From positions 3,452,422-3,516,421 of the forward strand of contig NZ_CP051627.1 in NCBI RefSeq assembly GCF_023208015.1: DNA of 64,000 nt. The letters run 5' to 3'. The notes beneath the pieces are model-generated. The model did not search any database. It had not been told where the DNA came from and was given only the letters and a program-made list of their open reading frames with translations. The first letter of the stretch is position 1, and each line of letters starts with the position of its first letter. The translations under genes were made by a program, and so were the position numbers. Of this stretch, positions 22,923 to 33,054 are shown piece by piece. This DNA is from Thermobifida alba. GTDB taxonomy: Bacteria > Actinomycetota > Actinomycetes > Streptosporangiales > Streptosporangiaceae.

Positions 22923-23606
22923 TCAGCCGGCCAGCAGCTTGACCACGGCCTCGGCCACCCCGGCCGCCGAGGCCGGGTTCTGGCCGGTGACCAGCCGTTC
23001 GCTGGCCACGATGCACGGCTGGAACTTCGGGGCCCGGACATGGACGCCGCCGCGCTCCTCCAGCTTCTCCTGGAGCAGGAACGGCACGGTGTCCGCGAGG
23101 CCGACCGCTTCCTCCTCCTCGTTGGTGAAGGCGGCGAACGCCTTGCCCGCCACGAGCGGGCGGCCGTCGGACCGGGTGAGGTTGACCAGCGCGGCCGGTC
23201 CGTGGCAGACCGCGGCGACCACGCCGCCCGCCTCGTAGACGTCGCGGGCCAGCGCGGCCAGGTCGGCGGCGTCGGGGAAGTCCCACATGGTGCCGTGGCC
23301 GCCGACGAAGTACACGGCGGCGTAGTCGGCCGGGTCGAGGCGGTCGGCCGTGGGGGTGTCGGCCAGGGCCTTCGCCACGTCGGGGTCGTCGCGGAACGCC
23401 CGCTGGACCGGGTCGTCGGGGTCGTAGCCGGTCTCGGGCGGCCGCCCGCCCCGGACCGACACGAAGGAGACCTCGTGGCCCGCCCTGCGGAACACCTCCC
23501 ACGGGTGCGCGGCCTCCGGAACGTAGTAGCCGGTGGGACCGCCGCCGTCGCCGAGCCGGTCCTGGCTGGTCAGTGCGAGCAGGATGCGCCTGGGGGGAGT
23601 CGGCAT
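22923..23606 (-). CDS. DJ-1/PfpI family protein (class I glutamine amidotransferase-like; Hsp31/glyoxalase III-like).
   Basis: AAVCHGPAAL nucleophile-elbow motif, YFVGGHG. ATG at 23604-23606 (MPTPPRRILLAL...). Convergent and abutting the LysR gene. Confidence 0.8.
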   Translation of the reverse strand: MPTPPRRILLALTSQDRLGDGGGPTGYYVPEAAHPWEVFRRAGHEVSFVSVRGGRPPETGYDPDDPVQRAFRDDPDVAKALADTPTADRLDPADYAAVYFVGGHGTMWDFPDAADLAALARDVYEAGGVVAAVCHGPAALVNLTRSDGRPLVAGKAFAAFTNEEEEAVGLADTVPFLLQEKLEERGGVHVRAPKFQPCIVASERLVTGQNPASAAGVAEAVVKLLAG

Positions 23607-23768
23607 CGTCGTCCGCCCTTCGTTCGCGGTGGTGGACCCTGCGGTCCGCTGTCGCCCACGACGGTAGACGGCGACCGCCTCCCCCACCCCATCAGCGTTT
23701 CGAGGGGGAGCCATAGGGCTGGTCATCGCTCCACGCAGGACGGCCTTCCGAAGGGCGTGTGATCCGCG

Positions 23769-24770
23769 TCACCCGGTCCCGTGGGGGTCCGTGCCGCCGT
23801 CCGCCGCCGGGCCGCACCACTCCGGCAGCCGCTCCCGGAGTCCCCGCAGCAGGGTCCTGACCTCCTCGGAGGCGTCCACCAGGGTGACGGCGGCGTCCAG
23901 CACCGCGATCGCGGCGACGTACTGCGCGACCAGCTCGGCGGAGTCCGCACTGAGCCGGACGGCGCACGCCTTCGGCCCCCGCGCCTCGATCTCCCCCGGG
24001 ACGTGCGAGAACAGCCGGGCCCGCACCGCGTCGGCCCCCAGTGCGACCTCCAGCCGGGCGGTGTGGCGGTAGGTGGCGGCGGCAAACGACCGGGTGAGGT
24101 AGGTGACCGCGTCCGGGGCCGGCAGCGGGCGCGGGAGGAAGCGGTCGTGCGAGGGCCGCGGACCGGTGATCCGGTCGGCCCGGAAGACCCGCCAGTCCTC
24201 CCGGGAGGGGTCGTAGGCGACCAGGTACCACCGGCCTCCGAAGGTGACCAGGCGCAGCGGTTCGACGCGGCGCGCGCTGCCCGCTCCGGCGCGGTCGAGG
24301 TAGTCGAAGGCCAGCACCCTGCGGTCGCGGCAGCACGCGGCGAGGACGGCCAGCACCGCGGGGTCGACACGGGGGGCGCCGCGCGCGGGGACGGCCTCGG
24401 CGCTGCCGCCGAGGGCCGCCAGCCGGGGGCGCAGCCGGGCGGGAAGGAGCCGCTCCAGTTTGGCCAGCGCCCGCAGCGCGCTCTCCCCGAGCCCGGCGAC
24501 GCCGCTGCCTCCCGCCGTGACCAGGCCGAGCGCGACGGCGACGGCCTCCTCCTCGTCCAGCAGCAGCGGCGGCAGGTTCCGGCCGGACACGAGGCGGTAG
24601 CCGCCCGCGGTGCCGGTGGTGCTCTCCACCGGGTAGTCGAGCGCACGCAGCCGGTCGACGTCGCGGCGCACGGTACGGGTGCTGACGCCGAGCCGTTCGG
24701 CGAGTTCGGCGCCCGACCACTCGCGTCGGCCCTGCAGCAGCGACAGCAGGCGCAGCAGGCGTCCGGGCAT
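23769..24770 (-). CDS. HTH + WYL-domain transcriptional regulator (YafY family).
   Basis: MPGRLLRLLSLLQGRREWSGAELAERLGVSTRTVRRDVDRLR (HTH_11). WYL core RVLAFDYLDRAGAGSARRVEPLRLVTFGGRWYLVAYD. Divergent from the FAD oxidase gene. Confidence 0.85.
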   Translation of the reverse strand: MPGRLLRLLSLLQGRREWSGAELAERLGVSTRTVRRDVDRLRALDYPVESTTGTAGGYRLVSGRNLPPLLLDEEEAVAVALGLVTAGGSGVAGLGESALRALAKLERLLPARLRPRLAALGGSAEAVPARGAPRVDPAVLAVLAACCRDRRVLAFDYLDRAGAGSARRVEPLRLVTFGGRWYLVAYDPSREDWRVFRADRITGPRPSHDRFLPRPLPAPDAVTYLTRSFAAATYRHTARLEVALGADAVRARLFSHVPGEIEARGPKACAVRLSADSAELVAQYVAAIAVLDAAVTLVDASEEVRTLLRGLRERLPEWCGPAADGGTDPHGTG

Positions 24771-24866
24771 ACTCCCGCGCGCCGGTCCCGACTCCTCGCT
24801 CACGGACACCAGACTGGCATTCCTTGAGGACAGGCCGCGTCCTCAAGGGCTCCTAGGGTGAGCCGC

Positions 24867-26228
24867 ATGAACGACCTGGCGACGCAACTCACCGCGCGTG
24901 TGCGCGGCCGGGTGCTCCTGCCCGGCACGGACGGATACGACGACGAGCGGAGCGGTTTCCAACGCCTCGACCCCCACCGCCCCGCGGTGGTCGTGGCCGC
25001 GGCCTGCGCCGAGGACGTGCGTGCCGCGGTGGAGGCCGCCGCCGCGCACCGGCGCCCGCTGGCGGTGCAGGCCGCCGGGCACGGCCTGGCCGCCCCCACC
25101 GGGGGTGTGCTGGTCAGCACGCGCCGCATGTGCGCCGTGCGGGTCGACCCGCGGGCCCGCACCGCGTGGGTCGCGGCGGGCGCGACCTGGCGGCACGTGA
25201 TCGAGGCGGCCGCACCGCACGGGCTGGCTCCGCTGTCGGGCAGCTTCCCGGACGTGGGCGCGGTCCCCTACACGCTGGGCGGCGGCGTGGGCCTGCTGGC
25301 CCGGCGGTACGGCTTCGCCTCCGACCACGTGCGCCGGTTCGACCTGGTCACCCCCGACGCGCGGCTCCGCCGGGCCACGGCGGACTCCGAGCCCGACCTG
25401 TTCTGGGCGCTGCGCGGCGGCGGGGGCAACTTCGGCGTGGTCACCGGTATGGAGATCGGCCTGGTGCCGGTCTCCCGGATCTACGGCGGAAGCCTGTTCT
25501 TCGACGTGGCGCGGGTTCCCGATGTGCTGGACGGCTGGCGCCGCTGGACCGCGGACCTGCCCGAGGAGCTGACCTCGGGGGTGACGGCCCTGACGTACCC
25601 GGACCTGCCGGTGCTGCCCGAACCGCTGCGCGGACGCCAGGTCGCCCAGGTCCAGATCGCCTTTCTCGGCTCCGCACGGGAGGGCCGCCGGCTGGTGGAG
25701 CCGCTGCGCTCCCTCGGCCCGGTCCTGCGCGACACGCTGCGCGACCTCCCCTACACCGAGTCCGGCACGGTGTTCGACGAACCCGACCGGCCGCACGCCT
25801 ACCGTTCGCAGAACCTCCTGGTGCGCGACCTCGCCCCGCGGGCCCTGGCCGGGCTGGCCGAGGCGGCCGCCCCCTCGTCCCCGGTGCTGACCGTGGTGGG
25901 GCTGCGGCACCTGGGCGGCGCGCTGGCGCGTGCGCCGCGCACCGCCGGTGCCGTCGGCCACCGGGACGCCGCCTACTCGGTGACGGTCCTCTCCCCGGTG
26001 GGGGAGGGGGAGCGGGAGACGGTGCGCGAGGTGCACCGCGCCGCCCTGGCACCGCTCGCCGACGCCGCGGTGGGCCGCTCGCTCAACTTCTCCTTCGGGC
26101 CGCTCGACCAGGACGGGGTCCGCTCCGCGTTCGCGCCCGCGGACTACGAGCGGCTCACCCGGCTCAGGGCCCGGTACGACCCGCACGGCCTGCTCCACGC
26201 CAACCACCGCGTCCCCGCCGCCGGGTAG
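24867..26228 (+). CDS. FAD-binding oxidoreductase (PCMH-type FAD-linked oxidase, BBE-like).
   Basis: FAD_binding_4-like N-terminus (PAVVVAAACAEDVRAAVEAAAAHRRPLAVQAAGHG..., GGGGNFGVVTGMEI). ~450 aa. Confidence 0.85.
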   Translation: MNDLATQLTARVRGRVLLPGTDGYDDERSGFQRLDPHRPAVVVAAACAEDVRAAVEAAAAHRRPLAVQAAGHGLAAPTGGVLVSTRRMCAVRVDPRARTAWVAAGATWRHVIEAAAPHGLAPLSGSFPDVGAVPYTLGGGVGLLARRYGFASDHVRRFDLVTPDARLRRATADSEPDLFWALRGGGGNFGVVTGMEIGLVPVSRIYGGSLFFDVARVPDVLDGWRRWTADLPEELTSGVTALTYPDLPVLPEPLRGRQVAQVQIAFLGSAREGRRLVEPLRSLGPVLRDTLRDLPYTESGTVFDEPDRPHAYRSQNLLVRDLAPRALAGLAEAAAPSSPVLTVVGLRHLGGALARAPRTAGAVGHRDAAYSVTVLSPVGEGERETVREVHRAALAPLADAAVGRSLNFSFGPLDQDGVRSAFAPADYERLTRLRARYDPHGLLHANHRVPAAG

Positions 26229-26264
26229 CGGCCGCGTCCGGGCGTCCCGGCGACGGGCCCCGGG

Positions 26265-26828
26265 TCAGCCCGGGGTGACCAGGCGCTGCACGCCCGGCGC
26301 GTACAGCTCCACGAGCCGCTCGGCGTCGGCCGTGCGGCCGGTGGCCCGGTAGTGGATGTTGAGGGTGGCGCCCAGGCCGAGCAGGTGGGCGACGACCAGC
26401 TCCGCGCGCAGGCGGACGTCGGGGCCGCGCAGGCGGGCCGCCACCGCGTCGGTGACCTGGGTGTGGAAGTACTCCCGCACCACGGCGCGCTCGTCCTGGA
26501 CGGAACTGGAGAAGACCGCGCGCAGCAGCGGGTCGGCCCCGTTGCGCTCGCGCAGGTCGAGCAGGGTGCGGACCATGTGCTCGCCGAGCCGCTCCAGGGG
26601 CGCGTCCAGCAGTAGTTCCGCGGCCTTCGCGAAGTCCGCGGAGGCGCGCAGCAGCCGCTCCTTGGTACCGAAGTGCTTGATGACCAGGGCTGCGCTGACG
26701 CCCGCGTCGGCCGCGATGGCGCGGATCGTTACCTCGGCGTAGGGGCGCAGCGCGAAGGCGCGGCGTGCCGCCAGCAGGATCGCCGGACGGCTCGACTCGG
26801 CTGTCTGCTGGCCGCTGCTGTGATTCAC
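26265..26828 (-). CDS. TetR-family transcriptional regulator.
   Basis: N-terminal TetR HTH (ILLAARRAFALRPYAEVTIRAIAADAGVSAALVIKHFGTKERLL). Immediately downstream of and co-oriented with MFS gene 26842..28278. Confidence 0.9.
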   Translation of the reverse strand: MNHSSGQQTAESSRPAILLAARRAFALRPYAEVTIRAIAADAGVSAALVIKHFGTKERLLRASADFAKAAELLLDAPLERLGEHMVRTLLDLRERNGADPLLRAVFSSSVQDERAVVREYFHTQVTDAVAARLRGPDVRLRAELVVAHLLGLGATLNIHYRATGRTADAERLVELYAPGVQRLVTPG

Positions 26829-26841
26829 CCGTGGCTCCCGG

Positions 26842-28278
26842 TCACGACTGCTGGGGGTTCTTCTGTATACCGGAACCGGGCCCGAGGTCGCGCACCGGCA
26901 GGGTGACCACCAGGGCGCCCAGTGCCACGCAGCCCGCGAGGAAGAAGGTCGTGAGGTAGGCCCCGAAGGTGGGCGCGGTGCCGCCGTCGACCTCCATCGT
27001 CATCCCGGCGAAGACGGCGGCCACGACGGCGCTGCAGATCGCCTGTCCCACGGCCCGCATGAGGACGTTGACGCCGTTGGCCGCGCCGGTCTGCGCCCGG
27101 GGCACGTGCTGCATGAGCAGGGCGGGCAGCGTGGAGTAGGGAAAGGCCGTGCCGATGCCCACGATCGCGGCCCCCACGATGATCATGCCCAGGCTCTCGC
27201 TGGTGAACAGCCGCAGCACGTAGCCGACGACCATCAGCGCGAGGCCGAACACGATGGGGGCCTTGGGTCCCCGTGAGGCGGCGATCCGCGCGGCGACCGG
27301 GGAGAACAGCAGCATGGTGATGGAGGCGGGCAGCATGCACAGTCCTCCGGCGACGACGGAGAGCCCCAGGCCGTAGCCGGTCTCGGTGGATTCCTGCACC
27401 AGTTGGGAGGTGACCAGGGAGTTGACGAAGAAGGAGAACCCGATCAGCAGGGTGGCGAGGTTGGTCAGCAGCACGGCGGGATTGGCCATGCTGCTCAGTT
27501 CCACGATGGGGTCGGCGACGCGTGTCTCGTGGCGGACCCAGACCGCGCCGACGGCCAGGGACACGGCGAACAGGCCGAGGACCGCCGGGGAGGTCCACCC
27601 CCACTCCGTTCCCCGCGACACCGCCGCCAGGAAGCAGACCAGGACGACGGTGAGCCCGAGGGTGCCCGCGGCGTCGAAGCGGCCGCCGGTGCGCGTCTCC
27701 GCCCGGGGGACGAAGGCCAGCACCAGCGTCAGGGCGAGCAGGCCGAGCCCGCCGCTCATCCAGAACACCGCGTGCCAGTCGGCGTAGCGGGCGATCAGCG
27801 AGGTCAGCGGGACGCCGACGGCCGCGCCGACGCCCATCGTGGTGCTCATCAGCGCCGCCGAGGAGGCCACCCGGGCGGGGGGCAGCACGTCGCGGAGGAT
27901 GCCGATGCCCAGCGGCACCACTGCCAACGCGACCCCCTGGAGGGTGCGTCCGGCCACCAGGAGCAGGATGTGCGTGCTGAGGGCGGCCAGCAGGGAGCCC
28001 GCGACGAGGCAGAGGAGCGCGGCCACCAGCACCTCGCGTCTGCCGTACATGTCGCCGAGGCGTCCCAGGACGGGGGTGGACACGGCTCCGGCGATCAGCG
28101 AGGCGGTGACCACCCAGCTCACCGCCTCGTGGGTGGTGTCCAGGGCCTCGATGAGGGTGGGCACCAGCGGCACCGCGAGGGTCTGCATGACCGCGGTGAC
28201 CACTCCGGCGAAGGCCATCGCGGTGAGGAGGAGGCGGGGGCGGCGGATGGGGGCGGGGCTGGCGGAAGCTTCGGTCAC
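26842..28278 (-). CDS. MFS drug:H+ antiporter, DHA2 (14-TMS, EmrB/QacA-like). Start assigned to GTG at 28276-28278 with GGGAG upstream. The track ORF extends to a TTG at 28326.
   Basis: Track ORF. MFS signature GRLGDMYGRREV, 14 hydrophobic segments. 66% identical to the paralog 28397..29803. Confidence 0.85.
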   Translation of the reverse strand: MTEASASPAPIRRPRLLLTAMAFAGVVTAVMQTLAVPLVPTLIEALDTTHEAVSWVVTASLIAGAVSTPVLGRLGDMYGRREVLVAALLCLVAGSLLAALSTHILLLVAGRTLQGVALAVVPLGIGILRDVLPPARVASSAALMSTTMGVGAAVGVPLTSLIARYADWHAVFWMSGGLGLLALTLVLAFVPRAETRTGGRFDAAGTLGLTVVLVCFLAAVSRGTEWGWTSPAVLGLFAVSLAVGAVWVRHETRVADPIVELSSMANPAVLLTNLATLLIGFSFFVNSLVTSQLVQESTETGYGLGLSVVAGGLCMLPASITMLLFSPVAARIAASRGPKAPIVFGLALMVVGYVLRLFTSESLGMIIVGAAIVGIGTAFPYSTLPALLMQHVPRAQTGAANGVNVLMRAVGQAICSAVVAAVFAGMTMEVDGGTAPTFGAYLTTFFLAGCVALGALVVTLPVRDLGPGSGIQKNPQQS

Positions 28279-28313
28279 GCGGGCTCCCTTCGGCCTCGGA
28301 GGACCATGTCGAA

Positions 28314-28339
28314 CTGGGGTAAACAAGTGTTCACCCCAG
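28314..28339. promoter_or_regulatory. Operator-like inverted repeat CTGGGGTAAACAAGTGTTCACCCCAG upstream of MFS gene 1 (candidate TetR site).
   Basis: Half-sites GGGGTAAACA / GGGGTGAACA (9/10) with extended CTGGGG..CCCCAG arms. 36-60 bp upstream of the start. Near-identical motif at 29841..29866. Confidence 0.6.
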
Positions 28340-28396
28340 TGGATCCTAGTCGCCCCCGATCGGCGGCCGCCGTCGAGGCCCGGTCCGGCCGCCGCG

Positions 28397-29803
28397 TCAC
28401 GGCGCGGGGCGGGACCGCTCGGGCACGCACTGCACGGCGGCCGCCCCGGCCAGCGCCAGGACCCCGGACAGGGCGAAGACCAGCAGGTACGCCTCGAAGG
28501 CGGGCGCGGTCACACCGCCGGCGTCCACCGTCACGCCCGCCAGCACGGTGGCCACGACCGCGCTGCAGACCGCTTGACCCGCGGCCCGCAGCAGGAAGTT
28601 GACGCCGTTGGCCGCCCCGGTCCGCCCCCGTGGGACGTGCCGCATGAGCAGGGTGGGCAGCGCCGCGTAGGAGACGGCGCCGCCGATGCCGACCACCGTG
28701 GCCCCCGCGACGATCATGGCCAGGCTCTCGCTGGTGAACAGCCGCACCAGGAAGCCGACCGCGATGACCAGCGCGCCGAGCACGGTGGTGGACCGGGGGC
28801 CGAGGGCCGTCGACAGCCACGCCGCGACCGGGGAGAACACCAGCATCGTGATCCCCGCGGGCAGCAGGGTCAGGCTGCCGGCGAAGACGGAGAGCCCCAG
28901 GCCGTAGCCGGTCTCGGGGGGCTCCTGCACCAGTTGGGAGGTGGCCAGGGAGTTGGCGAGGGTGGTGAAGCCGAGCAGCAGGGTGGCGAGGTTGGTCAGC
29001 AGCACGGCCGGACTGGCCATGACCCGCAGCTCCACGATGGGGTCGGCGACGCGCGTCTCGTGGCGGGCCCAGACCGCGCCGACGGCCAGGGACACGGCGA
29101 ACAGGCCGAGGACCGCCGGGGAGGTCCACCCCCACGTGGTCCCCTGGGTCACCGCGAGCAGGAGGCAGACCAGGACGACGGTGAGGCCGAGGGTGCCGAG
29201 GAGGTCGAGGCGGCCGCCGGTCCGCGCCTCCGCCCGGGGAACGGAGGCGGACACCAGCACGGCGCAGAGCAGGCCGAGCGCCCCGCAGCCCCAGAACACC
29301 GCGTGCCAGTCGGCGTACTGGGCGACCAGGGCGGACAGGGGGACTCCGACGGTCGCTCCGATCCCGACCGTGGCGCTCATCAGTCCCACCGCGGCCGCCA
29401 CCCGCTCGGGCGGCAGCACGTCGCGCAGGACGCTGATGCCCAGCGGCACCACCGCCACCGCGGCCCCCTGCAGCGCCCGGCCGGCGACGAGGGCGAGGAC
29501 GTGGGAGCTGAGCGCGCACAGCAGGCAGCCGGCCACCAGGATGGCCAGGGCGGACAGCAGCATCCGGCGTTTGCCGTACAGGTCGCCGAGCCGTCCGAGC
29601 ACCGGGGTGGCGACGGCTCCGACGACCAGGGTGGCGGTGACCGCCCAGCTCACCGTCTCCGGAGTGCTGTCGACCAGGTCGGGGAGGTGGGGCAGGAGCG
29701 GGACGGTGACGGTCTGGACGGCCGCGGTGAGCACTCCTCCGCAGGCCAGCGCGGCGACGAGCAGCCGGGGACGGCGACTGGGCACGGGGACCGCCTCGGG
29801 CAC
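28397..29803 (-). CDS. MFS drug:H+ antiporter, DHA2 family. Tandem paralog of 26842..28278.
   Basis: Track ORF. Near-identical TM topology and motifs (GRLGDLYGKRRM, WGWTSPAVLGLFAVSLAVGAVW shared verbatim with the paralog). Confidence 0.85.
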   Translation of the reverse strand: MPEAVPVPSRRPRLLVAALACGGVLTAAVQTVTVPLLPHLPDLVDSTPETVSWAVTATLVVGAVATPVLGRLGDLYGKRRMLLSALAILVAGCLLCALSSHVLALVAGRALQGAAVAVVPLGISVLRDVLPPERVAAAVGLMSATVGIGATVGVPLSALVAQYADWHAVFWGCGALGLLCAVLVSASVPRAEARTGGRLDLLGTLGLTVVLVCLLLAVTQGTTWGWTSPAVLGLFAVSLAVGAVWARHETRVADPIVELRVMASPAVLLTNLATLLLGFTTLANSLATSQLVQEPPETGYGLGLSVFAGSLTLLPAGITMLVFSPVAAWLSTALGPRSTTVLGALVIAVGFLVRLFTSESLAMIVAGATVVGIGGAVSYAALPTLLMRHVPRGRTGAANGVNFLLRAAGQAVCSAVVATVLAGVTVDAGGVTAPAFEAYLLVFALSGVLALAGAAAVQCVPERSRPAP

Positions 29804-29840
29804 GGGGACTCCCCTCGGTCGGGAGGACGGCAGTGAACCA

Positions 29841-29866
29841 ACGGGGTAAACAACTGTTCACCCCGT
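29841..29866. promoter_or_regulatory. Second copy of the MFS operator-like palindrome ACGGGGTAAACAACTGTTCACCCCGT.
   Basis: Same GGGGTAAACA-NN-TGTTCACCCC core as 28314..28339. ~38 bp upstream of the second MFS start. Confidence 0.6.
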
Positions 29867-30210
29867 TGTGTACACCATCACCCCGCGTTTGACGACCCTT
29901 TTCGCCCCAATTCGTCACCGGATGAGCATCCGAACAACTTTTCTTGGGATTTCTGGCGCTCACCGGGAACCGGAGCCTCCCCCGAAGCGTCCCAACCATC
30001 GCAAGACCGCCACCGCGGCCGACGCGGTGGCGATCGCGGGCGCGCACTATCGTCCGGTCCGGCACGACAGCGCCGGACCGGACGATGACCGGTTGTGGAC
30101 AGTGCCATTGCCCTCCCCTGGCTCCCCGGCTAGGTTCCGGCACAGCGGTTCCACTCACCGCCTCGTCCCGCGGAACCGTGACACGCGGAGAGGGGTTGCG
30201 GCAGACCGGC

Positions 30211-30852
30211 ATGAGCGACTTCTTCACGGCCGCCCTCGGGTTTCCCACCGCCCTGTTCAGCTTCGCCCTGATCGTGGTCGTCGGCTACTGGTGCCTCGTC
30301 GTCCTCGGCGTGCTCGGGATCGACACGCTCGACGCCGACGCCGACTCCGACGTGGGCGGTCTCACGGAAGCCATGTCCGCCATCGGTCTCAGAGGAGTCC
30401 CGGTCACCGTGTCGCTCTCCGTCATGATCGCCGTGGCGTGGTTCGCCTCCCTCAGCGGCTCCGCCCTCCTGGACGGCGTCGACCTGTCCGACCCGATGAC
30501 CATCGCGCTGGGGGTCGTCGTCCTCGCCCTCGCCGTGGTCTGCGCCTGGGCCGCGGCCAGTTTCTTCGCCCTGCTGTGGCGGCGCTTCCTGCCGGGCGGC
30601 CGCGAACCCTCCCGGCACGACTTCGTCGGACGGGTCTGCGTGGTCCGCACCGGACGCGTGGGCACCGACTTCGGCCAGGCCGAGGTCACCGCCGCCGACG
30701 GCTCCACCGCGCTCATCCAGGTACGGCAGACCGGCGAGGAGGCCCTCACCTCCGGCAGCACCGCGCTGATCGTCGACCACGATCCCGACGGCTCCTTCTT
30801 CTGGGTCACCGCCTACCACGCCGAACTCGACCCGAACCGCCCGACCCCCTGA
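30211..30852 (+). CDS. NfeD/YqiJ-like (DUF1449) membrane protein with C-terminal OB-fold. Partner of the flotillin gene.
   Basis: Three TM helices (MSDFFTAALGFPTALFSFALIVVVGYWCLVVLGVLGI...). C-terminal NfeD-like β-barrel region (GRVCVVRTGRVGTDFGQAEVTAADGSTALIQVRQ...STALIVDHDPDGSFFWV). ATG at 30211, in frame with track ORF 29944..30852. Confidence 0.75.
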   Translation: MSDFFTAALGFPTALFSFALIVVVGYWCLVVLGVLGIDTLDADADSDVGGLTEAMSAIGLRGVPVTVSLSVMIAVAWFASLSGSALLDGVDLSDPMTIALGVVVLALAVVCAWAAASFFALLWRRFLPGGREPSRHDFVGRVCVVRTGRVGTDFGQAEVTAADGSTALIQVRQTGEEALTSGSTALIVDHDPDGSFFWVTAYHAELDPNRPTP

Positions 30853-30953
30853 CCGCCGCGGCCGCCGCCTCCGGTGCCCGGCGGTCGGCCGCCTACCGCC
30901 GCCCTGCCCGCGGCCCGCCCGAGACTCCGAACACCCGACCCTAGGAACCGCCT

Positions 30954-33047
30954 ATGGACACCATCGCCGCAGGGGCCGGCGTACTCGTCGCTGTCCTCCT
31001 CCTCGTCCTGATCGGACTGCTCATCGTCATCAGCCGCCTGTTCCGCAAGGTGGAGCAGGGCAAGGCGCTGATCATCTCCAAGATCCGCAAGGTCGACGTC
31101 ACCTTCACCGGCGCGGTCGTGCTGCCCGTGCTGCACAAGGCTGAGGTCATGGACATCTCGGTGAAGACCATCGAGATCTCCCGCACCGGCAAGGAAGGCC
31201 TCATCTGCCGGGACAACATCCGCGCCGACATCCGCATCACGTTCTTCGTGCGGGTCAACAAGACCGTCGAGGACGTCATCAAGGTCGCCCAGGCCATCGG
31301 CACCGAACGCGCCAGCGACCAGGCCACCCTCCAGGAGCTGTTCAACGCGAAGTTCTCCGAGGCGCTCAAGACCGTCGGCAAGCACCTGGACTTCGAGGAC
31401 CTCTACACCCAGCGCGCGGAGTTCCGCGACCAGATCATCAGCGTCATCGGCACCGACCTCAACGGCTACAGCCTGGAGGACGTGGCGATCGACTACCTGG
31501 AGCAGACCCCGCTGGTCCAGCTCGACCCGGCCAACATCCTCGACGCCCAGGGCATCCGCAAGATCACCGAGCTGACCGCGCAGCAGAACGTCAGCACCAA
31601 CGAGCACCGCCGCAACGAGGAGAAGGAGATCGAGCGCCAGAACGTCGAGGCGCGCGAGACCATCCTCGAACTGGAGCGCCGCCGCGAGGAGGCCGAGGCC
31701 AAGCAGAAGCGCGAAGTCGAGTCGCTGCGCGCGCAGACCGAGGCCGAGACCGAGATCGTGCGCGCCGAGGAGATGCTGCGCGCCGAGACCGCCCGCATCC
31801 GCGCCGAACAGGAACTGGGCGTGCAGCGGGAGAACCGGGAGCGCGAGATCGCGGTGGCGGCGAAGAACCGCGAACGGGTCATCGCCGTGGAGAGCGAGCG
31901 CATCGAGAAGGACCGCCTGCTGGAGGTCATCGCCCGGGAGCGCGAGACCGAGCTGTCGCGCTACGCCAAGGACAAGGAGCTGGAGGCCGAGCGGCGCGAG
32001 ATCGCCGAGGTCGTCCGCGAACGCGTGGCCGTGGAGAAGACCGTCGCCGAGCAGGAGGAGAGCATCAAGAGGCTGCGCGCGGTCGAGGAGGCCGAGCGCC
32101 AGCGCCAGTCCGCGGTCATCCTCGCCGAGGGCGCGGCCCAGGAGCAGCTGGTCAAGGACATCAAGGCCGCCGAGGCCGCGGCGCAGGCCGCCGAGCACGC
32201 CGCCCGCGAACAGCTCACCCTCGCCGAGGCGCGCCAGCAGGCCGCCGAACTGGACGCCGCCGCCAGCATCCGCCTGGCCGAGGGCAAGCAGGCCGAAGCC
32301 GCCGCCGAGGGGCTGGCCCGGGTGCAGGTCAGCGAACGCGAGGCCGAGGTCCTGGAGAAGACGGGCCGCGCCGAGGCGGTCGTCGCCCGCGAGAAGGCGC
32401 TCGCCCAGGCCGAGGAGGTCGAGAAGGTCGGTCTCGCGCAGGCCGCCGCCGACCGGCAGCGGGCCCTCGCCGAGGCCGAGGCCGTCCGCGAGAAGCTCAA
32501 GGCCGAGGCCGAGGGCATCCACGACAAGGCCGAGGCGATGGCCGCGCTGGACGAAGCCACCCGCGAGCACGAGGAGTACCGCCTGCGCCTGGAGGCCGAC
32601 AAGGAGGTCCGCCTCGCCGGGATCGAGGCGCAGCGCCAGATCGCCGCGGCCCAGGCCGACGTGCTCGGCAAGGGCCTGGAGAGCGCCGACATCGACATCG
32701 TCGGCGGCGACGGGGCGTTCTTCGACCGCGTCGTCAACGCAGTCGGCGCGGGCAAGGCCGTGGACGGCTTCCTGGAGCACTCCCAGGCCGCCCGCACCCT
32801 CGCCGGGCCGTGGCTGGACGGCTCCCGCGACCTGCCCTCCGACCTGACCAGGATGCTGGGCGCGGTCGACTCCGCCGACGTCAAGAACCTCACCCTGTCG
32901 GCGCTGCTGCTCAAGCTGATCAACGAGGGCGGCCCCCAGGCCTCCGGCCTGTCCAGCCTGCTGAAGTCGGCCCGGAAGCTGGGCCTGGCCGACACGCCGC
33001 TGTCCGAACTCGCCTCCGCCGCGCCGACCCCGTCGAAGCAGCTGTGA
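30954..33047 (+). CDS. Flotillin-like SPFH/band-7 protein (YqiK/FloT family), 697 aa, with a long Ala/Glu/Arg-rich coiled-coil region.
   Basis: N-terminal TM anchor, then SPFH domain (ISKIRKVDVTFTGAVVLPVLHKAEVMDISVKTIEISRTGKEGLICRDNIRADIRITFFVRV...). Extended EA-repeat helical region. 100 bp downstream of the NfeD-like gene. Confidence 0.9.
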   Translation: MDTIAAGAGVLVAVLLLVLIGLLIVISRLFRKVEQGKALIISKIRKVDVTFTGAVVLPVLHKAEVMDISVKTIEISRTGKEGLICRDNIRADIRITFFVRVNKTVEDVIKVAQAIGTERASDQATLQELFNAKFSEALKTVGKHLDFEDLYTQRAEFRDQIISVIGTDLNGYSLEDVAIDYLEQTPLVQLDPANILDAQGIRKITELTAQQNVSTNEHRRNEEKEIERQNVEARETILELERRREEAEAKQKREVESLRAQTEAETEIVRAEEMLRAETARIRAEQELGVQRENREREIAVAAKNRERVIAVESERIEKDRLLEVIARERETELSRYAKDKELEAERREIAEVVRERVAVEKTVAEQEESIKRLRAVEEAERQRQSAVILAEGAAQEQLVKDIKAAEAAAQAAEHAAREQLTLAEARQQAAELDAAASIRLAEGKQAEAAAEGLARVQVSEREAEVLEKTGRAEAVVAREKALAQAEEVEKVGLAQAAADRQRALAEAEAVREKLKAEAEGIHDKAEAMAALDEATREHEEYRLRLEADKEVRLAGIEAQRQIAAAQADVLGKGLESADIDIVGGDGAFFDRVVNAVGAGKAVDGFLEHSQAARTLAGPWLDGSRDLPSDLTRMLGAVDSADVKNLTLSALLLKLINEGGPQASGLSSLLKSARKLGLADTPLSELASAAPTPSKQL

Positions 33048-33054
33048 GGACTGT

